Assembly: GCA_036172245.1 (NCBI GenBank)
Contig: JAYWIR010000086.1
Span: 186,001 to 250,000 of the forward strand
Direction: 5' to 3'
Source of the DNA: Raillietiella orientalis
Taxonomy: Eukaryota
DNA: 64,000 nt
Shown here: piece after piece, positions 12,601 through 24,892 of the stretch
How positions within the stretch are numbered: position 1 is the first letter of the stretch
Layout: each line of letters starts with the position of its first letter
Made by a program: the position numbers and the translations under genes
The notes under the pieces: generated by a model
The model's database searches: none
What the model saw: the letters and a program-made list of their open reading frames with translations, nothing else
What the model was told of the DNA's origin: nothing

Positions 12601-15600
12601 TTCAGCTTCCTGGAGAAAGAAGAGAAAGCAAGGAGAGGGCCAGAAGCGGGTTAGGGAAACCACTCTCCTTGGAATAGGTGGGTGATAGGCACCGGACGTC
12701 CCATCACCACCACTTGCACCCTAAGGAAGATCAAGCAGGAGCGTTCCTTACGTCGTACTCTCCTAGAGTCATGTGGAAGAGACCCATCCACGTGGCGTGG
12801 TAGGACGAGAACTTGGAATCCCTGACCATGGAGTTATCTTTGTGGAGGAAGAAGAAGGGCTGCGTGAAGATGAAAAGAAACACCAGGTAGATGACGCAGA
12901 AGATGAACATGTCGTTGGTGATCATGTTGTGGATCATGGTCACGAAGGGACCGGTGAGTTTGGCCGACCTGGAGAGGACGGACAGGACAGCATGCCAGGC
13001 CTCTCCCAGCAGTTAGAGTCATTTTTTCCCTCATCCCCCGTGCCCCGGATACCCAGCAAAGAACATGAGGTAGAACCAGCCCGAGGGAATGGCGATGATG
13101 AGTAGGGTCTCCTCTTCGATCCGGTAACCCAGCAGCCTGCAGGGGACGCACATCAGGACGAGGAGGTTGCTGAACAGGAAGATGCTCTTGGTGAGGTTGT
13201 GGCTCTGGAAAGGACGACGCAGGGTCACTGCCCAGGGTCATCCCCCCTTCCCCTCTTTGGAAGCGTGGGTAGGCTGCCCCCCGGCGGTACCAGCTGCTGC
13301 AGATAGCGGGAGATCCCGTGGTTGCACAGCTCCTTGCCCACCTGCAGGAACAGGTAGGAGAGGCTGCTGGCGATGGACGCCATCTCGAAGGCGTAGCGGA
13401 TGTACTGTCTGTACCGGTCCACTTCCGGGAAGTCCTCTGGCAGGTATACCGGCACCCGCAGGTAGACGGCAATGCTGAGACTGGTCAGGTGTACCAGCAT
13501 GAGGATCAGCCGCTTCTTGAAGAGGCTCTGGAAGGAGGGGCGAGGCGACGGGTGATCTGGCGCCCATGCTGCGCGCGCGTGCGTCCCGACCCCGAGAGGC
13601 AGGAGGGAGAGGAGAGGAGAAAAAGGGAGGAAGAGGCTTCTGGAAGCGGGAGGGGAGGGAAAAAAGGGAAGAGGAGGCTGCCGGAAGCGGGAGGAGAGAT
13701 TCTCTCTCCTCTTTCGTTTCGGGCCACAGTTTTTCTGGACGAACTTCACCTCCACTGGAACCGCCCCCTCTTCTTCCTCTCATCAGGAGTAGCGAACAAA
13801 CGGATGACGTTCAGGCATACCAGGAAACGGGGAATAAGCAGGAGGGAGAAGAGAAAAAGGGGGGGAAGAGGAAGAAGGGAGTAAGGCCGCGTGCGAGACT
13901 CCCCTTCATTCTGGGGGTAGTGACTCAGTAGGCGGAGGGAGAAGAGACAAGGGGAGGAGGAAGGAGGAAGAAGGGAGGAGGGACAGAGTAAGGTCGCGTG
14001 CGAGGCTCCTCTTCCTCTCGGGAGTAGTGACGCTGGAGGCGGCCGTTACCCGAGCGAAGGCGCTCCACTTCTCCTCCAGGAGCTTCTGGAATATGGAGCC
14101 CTCCAGCATGTTCAGGTGCTCCTCCTTGCCACCCCGAAGGATGATCATGAACGCCGAGTTCCAGTCTGGAGTAGAGCAAAACGGGAGCTTGGGGAGGAGG
14201 GTCGGTCCGGCCCGAGGGAGAGGAATGGGGTGGTCCCTCGAGGCCGGAAGCCCGCTTCTCTCCCCCTCCCCCCCGCGCGCGTGCTCCCTCCGCCGCCACC
14301 AGCTCTGGGCGAGGATGAAGAGGAAGGAAAGAGGGATGCCGGATGGCGTAGTCCCTGGCACCGATCACAGGCGACGTCGGGAGCGCGGGGGCTGCCTTCG
14401 GCCGCCTGAGCGTGCCCGACGCACCCCTCTGCGCGGGAGAGGGCCGGAAAGACTGCACTCACTCGTGGAGCCGTCGGGCAGGATGGTGTCCACGAGGTTC
14501 AGGGGGTATGCCATCAGGGAGATGTTGCAGAACTTCCAAAAGATGACCGAGTCGAACTCCAAGATGTCACAGAACATGCTGCTGCGGCCAAGCTTGCATG
14601 CCAGGGTCAGCGGGGTCAGGTTGTCCTTGTTGCTCAGGATGCGTCTGGCTGCCCTCTTCGGGTGACAAAAGACGTACCGGTACATAGCCTGCAGGAGAGG
14701 GAAAGGAGGCAACAGGAGCAGCGGACTGAGGGGGAAAGGTGTCCGTCTCCCTCACCTTGTTGTCGTTGACCACCAGGACGTGCAGCACGGAGTTCCCCAG
14801 GGAGTCTCGGAGTTCCGGGTCGGCTCCCCGGTCCAGGAGGTAATTGTACATGGTCTCGTTGTTCATGCAGGCTGCCCAGCAGAGGGGGTACTCGCCCATG
14901 TAGCAGAAGGCCTCGTAGCTGGTGACCTTCGAAGGTTGCGGCCCCTGCTGGTCGTACGGCAGGAAGAACGTGCCTTTTGGATGGAAGCGGAAGGGCAGGA
15001 GCGTTGCCGGGAGGACGCCGCCGCCAACCAACCTGTGGCCCTCTGGTTGATGGATGCCCCGCTGCGCACCAGCATGGCTGCCAGCTGGTTGTCCGCGTTG
15101 GCGATGGCCAGGTGCAGGGCGCTGACCCCTAAGGGCGTGGAGGACACGAGCGAGGTCAGATGGAGGGGAAAGGACGGTGCCCACGCCGCAGCGATCAGAG
15201 CTAATTTCCCCCCTCCCCCCCTCTTGGCTTCTGGACCGGGTCGGAAATTTTCCCTGCTGCGGCGGCGCCACCATCCCCGGGAGCGCGCACGAGCGCGGGA
15301 GGGAGGAGGGGCGGTTCCGACTTACCCAGGAACTCCTCCCCTTCGATGACGTCGTGGCAGAGCTTTGGGATCGCTTTGAGGAGTATCCTGGCGACTTCCA
15401 GGTGCTCCCGGGTGTTGCAGATGAGGAGGACGTGGAGTAGCGTCTCCCCGAGGCGCCCCCTGCGGGGCAGCTGCCAGCAGCCGAAGTGGTCCTCCCAGCG
15501 GAAGAATGGGTCATGATCTCTTAGCTTCCCGCGAAGGTGACCCTCCAGCTGCCCACCGAAAAAGGAAGACGACTCTCCCCCTCGTGGCCCAGTTAGTCGG

Positions 15601-16508
15601 GGAGCAGGGGCTCGAGTGCTTCCTGCGCGTGGCTGGGGCTCAGTGGGGAGACAAAACCCCCTTCGATGGTCCACTCCTCCCCCCTTCTCTCTTCCCACCA
15701 TCTTCCCCCGCTTCTCTTCAGGTGGGATACGCCCATCCTGAGGAAAGGAGGGAGAGGAGGAGGAGGCGTCCCTTCCACGGGAAGAAGGGAGGGTGGAACA
15801 GGTTATCCCCTTCTTTCTTTCTCCCTCCGCAACTCCGTCTCTCCTGCGCCACCCCCTTCGCGTCGAAGCCCGAGGTTGTTTGGAGACTTCCCCCGAGGAC
15901 AGCTACAGAAAGATTCAATTTCGCCCTTTCTCCCCGCCCCCACCCTCGAGAAGGAATGGGGGTGACGCGGAGGGGGGAGAAGTCCTCCAAGTCACTTCAT
16001 CCCTCCCCCTTTCCGCCTTGACTGCCAACGTCAGCGGACAGGTCGCCTCCGCTCCTGGTATCCATGGAGACGGAGACGTCTGGAAGCAGGCGGGCAGGGA
16101 AGGAGAGAAGAGACAGCTATTTTGAGGAAGTGCACTTTCTCTTCCCTGAGGGAGACCCCCTCCTGAGGTTGGGCGCTCTCCCTGCCCCTCCCATCCCATC
16201 CCGCCTACCTGGCGCTCGTCCTCGAGGGCCCACCTCAAGTAGTCCGTCCTGGTCATCGTTCGCCCCTCGCCGCCCTCGTACAGGAAATCCCGGAGGACTT
16301 CTCCTCGGAGGAGGGCCTCAACCCCCTTCGGGCCCGCTGTCCGGAGGACCTCCAAGAGCTGCCCGCCGCCGCGGTAGTCGGCCAGCCGGTAGAGGGGGCG
16401 GTCGTGCCCTTCGTCTGACCCTCCGGACAGGATGCGATCGAGAAAGCTGCCGGGAGCTTCGGGCAGAGTGCCCCGAGTCGCAGGGCCCTTCGGGCAGTCG
16501 TTTCCCAT
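9629..16508 (-). CDS. iav: TRPV channel, Inactive (iav)/OSM-9 subfamily
   Basis: 13 exons: 16508-16209, 15548-15326, 15128-15033, 14973-14756, 14688-14463, 14165-14050, 13527-13291, 13204-13053, 12968-12752, 11258-11097, 10958-10773, 10546-10452, 10391-9629 (last exon less certain). Matches Drosophila Iav motifs [109 protein letters not shown]; ankyrin repeats plus 6 TM segments. Confidence 0.93.
13840..14032. repeat. Imperfect tandem duplication (~90-100 bp unit) in an iav intron
   Basis: GGAGGGAGAAGAGA...GAGTAAGG[CT]CGCGTGCGAG[AG]CTCC[CT]CTTC...GTAGTGAC occurs at ~13840-13925 and ~13934-14032. Confidence 0.75.
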
Positions 16509-17689
16509 CCCTCGGATCCGGAGGCAGGCGGCGGTAAGGAACACCTTCTTTGCCACGGGGGAGAGAGTCCTCAGACGGAGACCTGGAAGACGCGGGATGT
16601 CTGGATGAAAGAGGCAACGTTCCTCAGAAGGGGCTGCAAGGAAGGGAAGCCCCTGCTGGCGCGCGCCGAGCTTCAGGGAAGGGGGGAGGGGAGTGGCATC
16701 CGGACCGGAAGGGAGGACCCTCCTGCGCGCGTCCGTCTCCGCTTCCCGGCAGGGGGGAGGAGAGGACGAGTTCACAGCTGCTCCTTTCGCCCTCTTCCCC
16801 TCGCGGTCCCTCCCGGAAGAAGCGACGGCGACGACGACACTCGCAGCGGGGAGGCACCTCGGATGGAACTGCCGGGAGAGGGCGGGCGAGTCGCTCCTTC
16901 GCGCGCGCCGGCAGCGGCGGCGCACGCGAGGGGCGTCCCGGTTCAGGAATGGCATCGATCAAGCCACCGACCTCTCGCGGAGGATCAAGAGGGACGGGGA
17001 CGAAGATGCGCACCCTCCTCCTCCCTTCCTCCCTCTCGGTCCCCCCACTCGCCTTGGAGTCGCCCAGAGTCCTCTCGCAACCTGCGCGCGAAGCTCCGGC
17101 GACGCTCCCGGGGAGGCGCGGCGGCAAGAGAGACGCCGAGGCAGGAAAAGGCGGGAGGAAGGGAGGCGGAAAGACGACGGTCCCGCAGACGCGCCGGGCG
17201 ATCGCCCTCAGCACGCGCGGCGGCGGCAGGGAAGAAGGAAGGGGAGGGGAAGCCCGCGACCCCCCCCCTCTTCCCCAAGACCGCTGCCGCCTCCACGCTT
17301 CCAGCTCATCCTGCCCGATCCCGCAACGCCCTCTCGTAGAAGGTCTCCCGCAGTGCGCATGTGCAGGTGGGAGCGCTTCGTCCCCCCACCCCGGTCGCAA
17401 TGCGGCCCGCTGGGCTGCTCCGAACGTGTCACGCGGCCACCCTTCCTCGCTACCCCACGGCGGCTTCGCGTGCGCCGCATGACGACCCGCGACCCCGCAT
17501 GCCTTCGAGTGGCGAAGGGGAGCAGGATTCCCTACCCCGTAGTGTCCAAGGGAACGAAAACTGTAACAGAGGGGGGTGCCAAGATGTCCGGACGTCCCAG
17601 GCACCCATGGAAGAAAAGAAGGAAGGAAGGAGTCCCACTGCCTCTTTCCCTACCCTGCGCTACTTTGCGTTCTTCTCGCGAGGCGAAGG

Positions 17690-18340
17690 CTTCACACCTT
17701 CCAGCGGTCAGGTGAAGCTGGCGGCCTCTCATCCTGTCGCCAGGTGTTGCGGGTTCGAATCCCGCCTGGGGAAGGATAGACGCTAGAGAATGGGGGTTGC
17801 GTCGCAGGTTCCAGTTCCCTCCGCAAGATGACGCTGTTTGGGCTACGGGCTTCGGGTACGGCAGCACTGGTGGAAGACAGATGCCCCGTTGACTGGCCCC
17901 GGGATAGGAAGTGGACCCTCCGTTATCCTTCCAGGAATCAGAGAGCCGTTTCTCTTCGGGGTTCTCCTCCGATTGTGAAAATGAAGCCGTCCATCCCCAC
18001 GATTAGGGGGGATACCCTCCATTGAGTACCATGGTGTTCGTTGATGCCTCTCCAAGAAGAGCTCTGCTCCCTTCGGGTAGCGCCCTCCAGAGAAATCGGG
18101 AAGCGTTCCTTCAGAGTTCTCTTCAGGGGAGGAAAACAGGAGTGGATATTTTCCAGGGGGTTCCTCCGTAGGGAATAAGAACGAGATGGTTCCCTCCCAA
18201 GAGTGAGAGGAATACAGACTCCTTCCTCCTCCGGAGCCCTTCCTGGATTCACAAGGCTGTCCCTGCCGGGGGTACCCCCAACTTGAAGAGCTACCACACG
18301 CACCCTCGGGTGGCATGGACAGCGTTAAAGAAGAGACTCC
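17690..18340 (+). mobile_element. tRNA-derived SINE-like element, copy A
   Basis: Head with A-box-like CCAGCGGTCAGG and a perfect T-arm GCGGG-TTCGAAT-CCCGC (17749-17765). Body is homologous in inverted orientation to 28690-28990 and 60665-61505; for example, the reverse complement of 18234-18251 is identical to TGAATCCAGGAAGGGCTC at 60744-60761. Confidence 0.72.
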
Positions 18341-21300
18341 AGGCGGGCGTTTCTTCAGCACTTGGCGAGCAGGCATGTCGTAGCGTGGCTGCATCGCACC
18401 CCACGTTCCTGGAGGCACACAAACGGGCGAGAGCTCTCTCGCCGAACACGGGGGAAGCCGTGGCAGAGTCCAGGGGAATTCCCTCCGCGAAAAGCCTGCT
18501 GGTCAGCTTCGCATTGCAATGGGAGCGCGCCGGACCCAAGGATTTGGACAAAACACGGCTGTTGTCCAGGATCTTCAAGCTCGCCTTCTCCGCCCGCTGC
18601 TTTCATTGGACCGGGCGTGCACGCAAAGACCACCCGCTCCGATCCTTCCTTCCCGCTCCCACGAAACCACTGCCTTCAAAAGTTTCATTTTCATCTAAAT
18701 TGGAAAAAAAATTAGAAACCCCACACACCGAGAGCGCAGTTCGTTATATGGTGAAGCCGCTATGTAAAGGATGGTCGGAAGAGATCATTTCCATCTTCCT
18801 CAGCACGTGGTTTCCATTGATCACGTGCGTTCCGCTTCCCACCCTATCTGCAACACCACCTTGCTGCGAACCTTGGGCTTGGCTTCCCCACGCACTTATC
18901 TCCTCAAGGATGTCGCCGTGTATAATCTGCCTGCTTATTCTGTTTTCCCTTTTGTTTTCTTCCATCCTCCGTGTCTCCGCGCGTCGAACGTTGGGTTCCG
19001 TCGAGCTCGGGCACGTGGCACAGGCCAAGCGCCCTGCCCGAATGGCAAGTTCATTGCTGGAAACAAACTCCGCGGAATGACCTGGTGGGAAACATACCGC
19101 GGATGCCAACGGCAATAGTGAGGCGTGGTGCACATTTCTTCAAGGTTGCGTGAACCCCAGCTCCGCAACTGCAATCGAATAGGGGCCGCAGGGATCCGGG
19201 TATGGAAATCAGCAGGCATCTTGCGTGTCCATAAACTCAGGTCCAGAAGGATCCTCAAGTTTCGTATCGCCTACTTCGAATGTAAATCCGGGAAATTCTC
19301 ACTTGGCCATGAAAATCAATCGTGGTCATAAATAGCTGGTGAACTCTTGAATGAGCTTCGAAAGCGGCAAACAGTTGAAATTTCGCTTTATCCCATGTAC
19401 ATCTACGAAATGCGAAAAGCCTCGGTGCTGGGAAAGCGGACCCACTCTCACGGCCTACAAGTTCAAATGGTGAAAGGAAATACAGATCCACTTTTAATAA
19501 GCAGGCAGAAAATGGGCAGGAGCTTTTGTCAGCTGCAGTTTTTGTGGAAGCTGAAGACCAACTCTGAGAAAAATCAAAAACCCCAATCGGACCAACCGCG
19601 GATTTTTCTAGTCTTGAAAGCACAAAAAAAAGGTCTCAGATTTGCATAATTTTATAAAATCAAAAAAACGTTCATCTGATTTTTTTCCATTACATCAGTC
19701 TACGCTTACATAAAATTTTTGAAGATGGAGTGCAAGCAATATACGTTTGCATATTTTAGATTTGTCACAACGAAGCACATTCTTCAGTTGGGTAAACAGA
19801 CCGGGATTAGATTGTGAATAAAACTCCCATCCTGATGACTTTTACACGCAAACTGATAGTAATTTATATTAATATTAGCAATAATATTTATATTTATGTT
19901 GTTATGCTGATAAGGATTTTCCATTCTCAAACAAAAGGTACCAACATCCATGTCGGAAAGTTGTCTTGACTTGTGCTTCTAATGGATAAAAAGCCAAAAG
20001 GCTCAACCTCTTCCTAACCTCATCATTCAAAGTCAAGCAAACCAAATTTCCTGTCCTCTTCAAATACTGGTCTCAAGCAAAGACGCTACTTTTCTCCATG
20101 GATAAGCAATGAACGCGTCGGTAGCGTGCGGAGATCGAGGATGTGATCTGAGAGAATGATTTGGGAACGTTTTAGCTCGTTTGAATGTAATTCAGTATAA
20201 AAGCATTTCATAATATGCAAACCTGGATTCTTTGCCAATTCCGATACTTTTACTAATTTTTCTTTCCTTCCTTTTCTTCTTTTAATTCCTTTTCTGCTTC
20301 TGCTTTTAATTCCACTGCAAGCAAACTTTCAGAAAACCGATGTACCCTCTTCTTTTGAACTTATGAGATGCTTAGATGAAATGGTTTTCGATTAGGGGTT
20401 TGGCTTGTCTTCTATTCATAATTACCCAGATAATGTCATTTTTTTGCTCATGGCTTAAATTCAAAACTTAACATTCTCCTTTGTTCAGCTCTTCTTTCCT
20501 CTTTTTGTTTTAGGTTCTTTAATTTCTCCTAAATCGATACATGTAGCAGCAGAAGTCTGAATTGTCTTCGTATATCACAAATGTGGCCATATACAGAATT
20601 TTATAAAATGTGAGAATATGCACTTTTAAGAGTGTATATTCTCTCACTTCTCAAGCATAAGGGGACTGTAAAAAATAACGCCTACAATACAAACTGTGAA
20701 ATGAAAATGATATGAAAATACACACACACACAAAATAACTAATCGCTTTGCAGGAGGCAATGCAAGTGAAATACGAATTTGTGATCTCTTTAAAAAGCAG
20801 GTAATTAATATTACGCAAACTGACATTTCCACTTTCAATCATCAAGAAAGGTCATCTCTTCTAATTGATTTCCAGTGATTTTCATTGTCTAATTGAATGG
20901 GTATCTAGGTCTATATCTTTCTCGAATTGTGCATTTCGTGATTTCTTTGAATCCTTCTGTCTATATACTGCTACTCGGTAAAACTCATATTAAAATGAAA
21001 AAGATTTGATCCTGAATAATAGCCGGGTATTTTTTTCCTCGGAAGGCATGAATTTTAAAAACATGTTTCAGTGTACATCAGTTTACGCAATGAATATGGA
21101 AAATTCAATCAATATTAGTGAATGCAATGGCATTTAATCAATCAATAAAGTACTGATTTTGAAACTTTTAATTTCTGCTCTTCAAACTCACATCAACATA
21201 CCGATCATCTTTCATATTTCATGGTAAAGCAACTGCAGTTATTCCTTCACCGCAATCATTAGATCAAGCTTGTATCTTGGGTGAAAAGTACCAGGGAATA

Positions 21301-22039
21301 CAAAAGGAAAAGATTTCAGCTATAATTGTGAACAAGTCATTGAACTTTGTTTCCCATGACTGGAGTTCTCAGATGAGTCTAATATGGACAAGAAAACCCA
21401 AGCGCTTCTTCATGTAGAAAAGTTTCACGGGAAATTCCTTTTTCGAAGATGGTTGTAAAAGCAGATTGACCCAAACGTTCCATCACGATATCAAGGAAAC
21501 AGAATTTTCGTCCTCTACGTATAACATATCTGATTGCTGAAAGCAAACTCACGAAATGTCGATGTTTAATCAATAGCAGGAGCTTATTTTTGTTGGCGTG
21601 TAATTATTCAAAATACTGATCCGTTCCAAAAAAGAACAAATGTTTGGCATGACAGTTAAGTCATCTGATGTGTAAGAAAGCCATTTGACACCAAATGGTA
21701 AAGAGCAACGAAACGTTGGAAGGTAAAGAGTGAAGCGGGGACAAGACTGCACACCCCACTTTGGAAATTTCAGTCCCTAACTAGTTCAAAAAATAAATCT
21801 GAGGCAATGAATCCAAAGGTGCTTCGGCCCCATCATCCAATTCCATCGGGAACCCATGATGGTGTCCAGATTTTGTCTGGAACTGTGCAGGGTGGTTGGT
21901 ACTCCTTCGCCACAGGCCAACTGGCTGGGAAGGAGTATTGTGGTCCAACTTGGATGGTAGTTCAGTGATTTTGAGAAAGCGGGGTCACAAACGTTCTCCA
22001 ACTAAGCGTATTAAATTTGCGTAAGTTGTGCTCCTTTCC

Positions 22040-22543
22040 ATGAAAATGGCCCACAATGCAGGGAGATTTTCGAAAAGCATCAAGGAAATTCGCATACATT
22101 TATGCCAAAAATCAAACTCGAGTAACGGTGTAAGGTACGTGCCTTCTAGGTTGCTATGTTTATATCATCCTGATTTCGACAAAAGGAAACCGTTTGTGAG
22201 GCTTGATCACATTCCACATTTCATTATACATTTTCTTTCGAAAACCGATAGAATAATATAAAGGAAATAATTACCAGTGCAAACTACGCTTGTTTTCAGG
22301 GAGTTTATTGAAAATCAATATGCAGCCATAAAAGAAAAAAACCCTAACGTGCCAATCTTAATAAGAGAATGCAGTGGAATCCTCCCTAGAATGTATGCGA
22401 GATATGGTAAGATGCTTTCCTTGCATTGTACTGATTCCAGTGGTGCTGTTACAGAAAAGGGCAAGGAAGTTTCTGTGGTACTCACCAACATGACAAGTGA
22501 TAGTGTATCAAAATCTTTACAGGAACTTGTTCGGAGAGCATAA
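22040..22543 (+). CDS. NDUFA2: NADH dehydrogenase (ubiquinone) 1 alpha subcomplex subunit 2 (CI-B8)
   Basis: Exons 22040 (or ATG 22046)-22134, 22300-22406, 22455-22543: KEIRIHLCQKSNSSNGVR-EFIENQYAAIKEKNPNVPILIRECSGILPRMYARY-EKGKE. AATAAA at 22555-22560. Confidence 0.95.
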
Positions 22544-23628
22544 AGGGTAATTGTAATAAATGTTTGTTCACAGAAAAATTTAATCTGTTTACAGGTCTTG
22601 AAACTTGTAGTTGATTTTTTCATCTGCTCCCTGAGCGCCCCACATACTTTGATTGTGATTGATATTTCTGCCTATGTGACTGAAGAGCTGCACAATAAGA
22701 TAATTGAACATATGAGCATAACATTAATTGCTAGAGATGACTCCACAGCATTTCAAAATATTAGAAAGCTTCTTCATGTTGTTTGAAAAATAGTCAGAAC
22801 AATGAGTTTACTTTAAAAAATAGAACTGTTTCAAAGCTTTTCAAAGATGTGTGTTTATTAAAATACAGAACCCGTGTGCAGCTGCATCCAAAAGAACAGT
22901 TGTAAGATGTTTTCAATTTTCACATGAATGAATTACAAAGTCATCTTTGTCCATGTAGGTATTATCAAATTTGTGAATAGAATGTTGAGATAACATTGTC
23001 ATATTGTTCAACTAAATTAATAAGCATATAATATATGAATGGCTCACCTAAGTTATTTACTGAATTATACATTGGTGTTCAGGTGGATCTTGGGTGCAAA
23101 CTCAAATGGTATCTTTTAAGTTAAAATAGAATGCATAAGTGAACAACACTTAAGTGGACTTAAAAATCTCAAAGTTGATCATTTCATTTAGATAATTATT
23201 TGCCATGGAACTCTAAAATGCATACTTAATAAATTTTTCACATCAATAGAAGCAGGCATTACAATAAATCTGAGGGCATACTTGTCTATTGCAGATGCAT
23301 GTATTTTATGCTTAGCATGCAAGTAATGCTAATTAAAATGCATAAAGGTGGTTAATGAATTTATGTAATTTTGGAAAAATTGGGATGCCATCAACATAAG
23401 GGAATGGAATCAGATTCTGAACAAAACCGTCAAAAAAGGTTTTTTATTTTTTTCCCCTAGTGACACAACTGTGTGTAAGCTGAATGTTATATTTTTGAAT
23501 TCCATTTCTCAAATATGAAATCGGTGGACTTATTTTGTAAACAATGAAGACAATATAATACTGGCATTGTAGTGTTTTAATTTATTTCTTCTTAACAAAA
23601 CAGTTAATAATATGCTAGTTTTCAGACA

Positions 23629-24892
23629 TTATGATGGGTGATGATCTGAGGGAATCTGTTTGTCAGTCATGTCAACTTGATCAAAGTAGTGAGCCACAAG
23701 GCAAATGAGTAAGTTATATGCTACAGATTCTTGACCAATATCTTGCTATAAGCGCAAAAAAAGGCATTATCAGTTACTAGGTTCCAATACTTACCAATTT
23801 AGCACGAAATTGCGAACATGCTCGGGCTAATTCCCTGAGTAAACTGCAAGTCTCTGGATCCAAAGGTTTTTCAAGACATGCAAGAAGTGCATATACCCAT
23901 TGTATACTGTGAAGACTGAATCCAAGTACTTCTAACCATTGTATGTGATATGTAAGCAAACTGATCACAGTTAGCTGTTGCACAAAATCAACATATTGAT
24001 TTCTGCATGATTTAGTTGTAAAATAAGACATACAAAAGGGGGGGAAAAAAATCTTCACGTATTTAAGTTTGACAATCAATCAATAATATTGAAGACTACA
24101 GGAAAAGAAAAATTATGAAAATCACACAGAGGCATTAAAGAAAATCTGTGCAAAAAATGTTCAGTTGGAATAGGTCATTGCATTGTACCTGTGGCATCTG
24201 CAAAACAATACTGAGAAAGGGCAGCGTGCCTACTTCAGAGTGTTTATCAAGGTTGTCCAACTCCCCTGTGACTTGATCAATTGACTTGTTGAAACAGAAT
24301 TGATACCAAGCACTTTCATCATCATCATTTGGCTTTGAAAATCAGTTATGCCTATAAAAGGAAAAAAAATGGGTACTTACCAGATTTATGGCTTTTAAAG
24401 AAATGAATCCTTTGCTAACAAATGACTGATATGTTGCCAAAGATTGCCTTACATGGGCAAAATCTGAAATTTGACGTAACTGCCAAGCTGTATCAGGAGC
24501 TAAACCTTTTGGGGCAGGCACAACATCTTCATACTGCATACATACAAGATTTTCAAGTATTTCGCCAATACTCACATAAGGAAAAGAAATGCTCTGCACC
24601 TTGAACTTTGATGTATCCACTTCTGCAGTGACCACATCAGGACACTTCATTGATTCAATTCTATATGTGAATTCAGTCTAATGAGTTTCATAATTATAAT
24701 TCTTAAGTAAAAATAGTGCATCTAGTCTATGTATCAAAAGCTTTGAGAGAAAGAAAAGTGTTCCTACCTCACTCTCATTATGTATTCTTCCACTGACTTG
24801 GATGCTGTGCCAGGATCATAATTTGCATTGTGCACTGGTTCAACATGAAAAGCCCTTGGCATCAATTCTTCATCTGTTTCAGAACTATACAT
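23629..24892 (-). CDS. GEMIN2: Gem-associated protein 2 (SMN complex, SIP1)
   Basis: Exons 24892-24768, 24660-24576, 24533-24381, 24332-24189, 23974-23795, 23745-23629. Motifs EELMPRAFHVE, EEYIMRVRIESMKCPDVVTA, WVYALLACLEKPLDPETCSLLRELARACS, NLLICLVAHYFDQVDM. Minus-strand AATAAA at 23581-23586. Confidence 0.94.

Noticed and set aside
16500..16700. RFX X-box expected at ciliary/chordotonal genes such as iav
   Set aside because: Only a half-site (GGCAAC near 16613) is visible; no full palindromic X-box.
16550..17715. Overlapping 244-346 aa ORFs upstream of iav
   Set aside because: GC-rich low-complexity frames; only 16508-16209 matches Iav.
17690..17775. Functional tRNA gene (Glu-CTC-like)
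   Set aside because: The T-arm is perfect but the acceptor, D and anticodon stems do not pair properly, and it is fused to a body repeated elsewhere, so it is treated as a SINE head. The same applies to 61435-61505.
17843..18418. 191-aa minus-strand ORF as a novel gene
   Set aside because: It mostly overlaps SINE copy A antisense, and the frame is not preserved in copies B and C.
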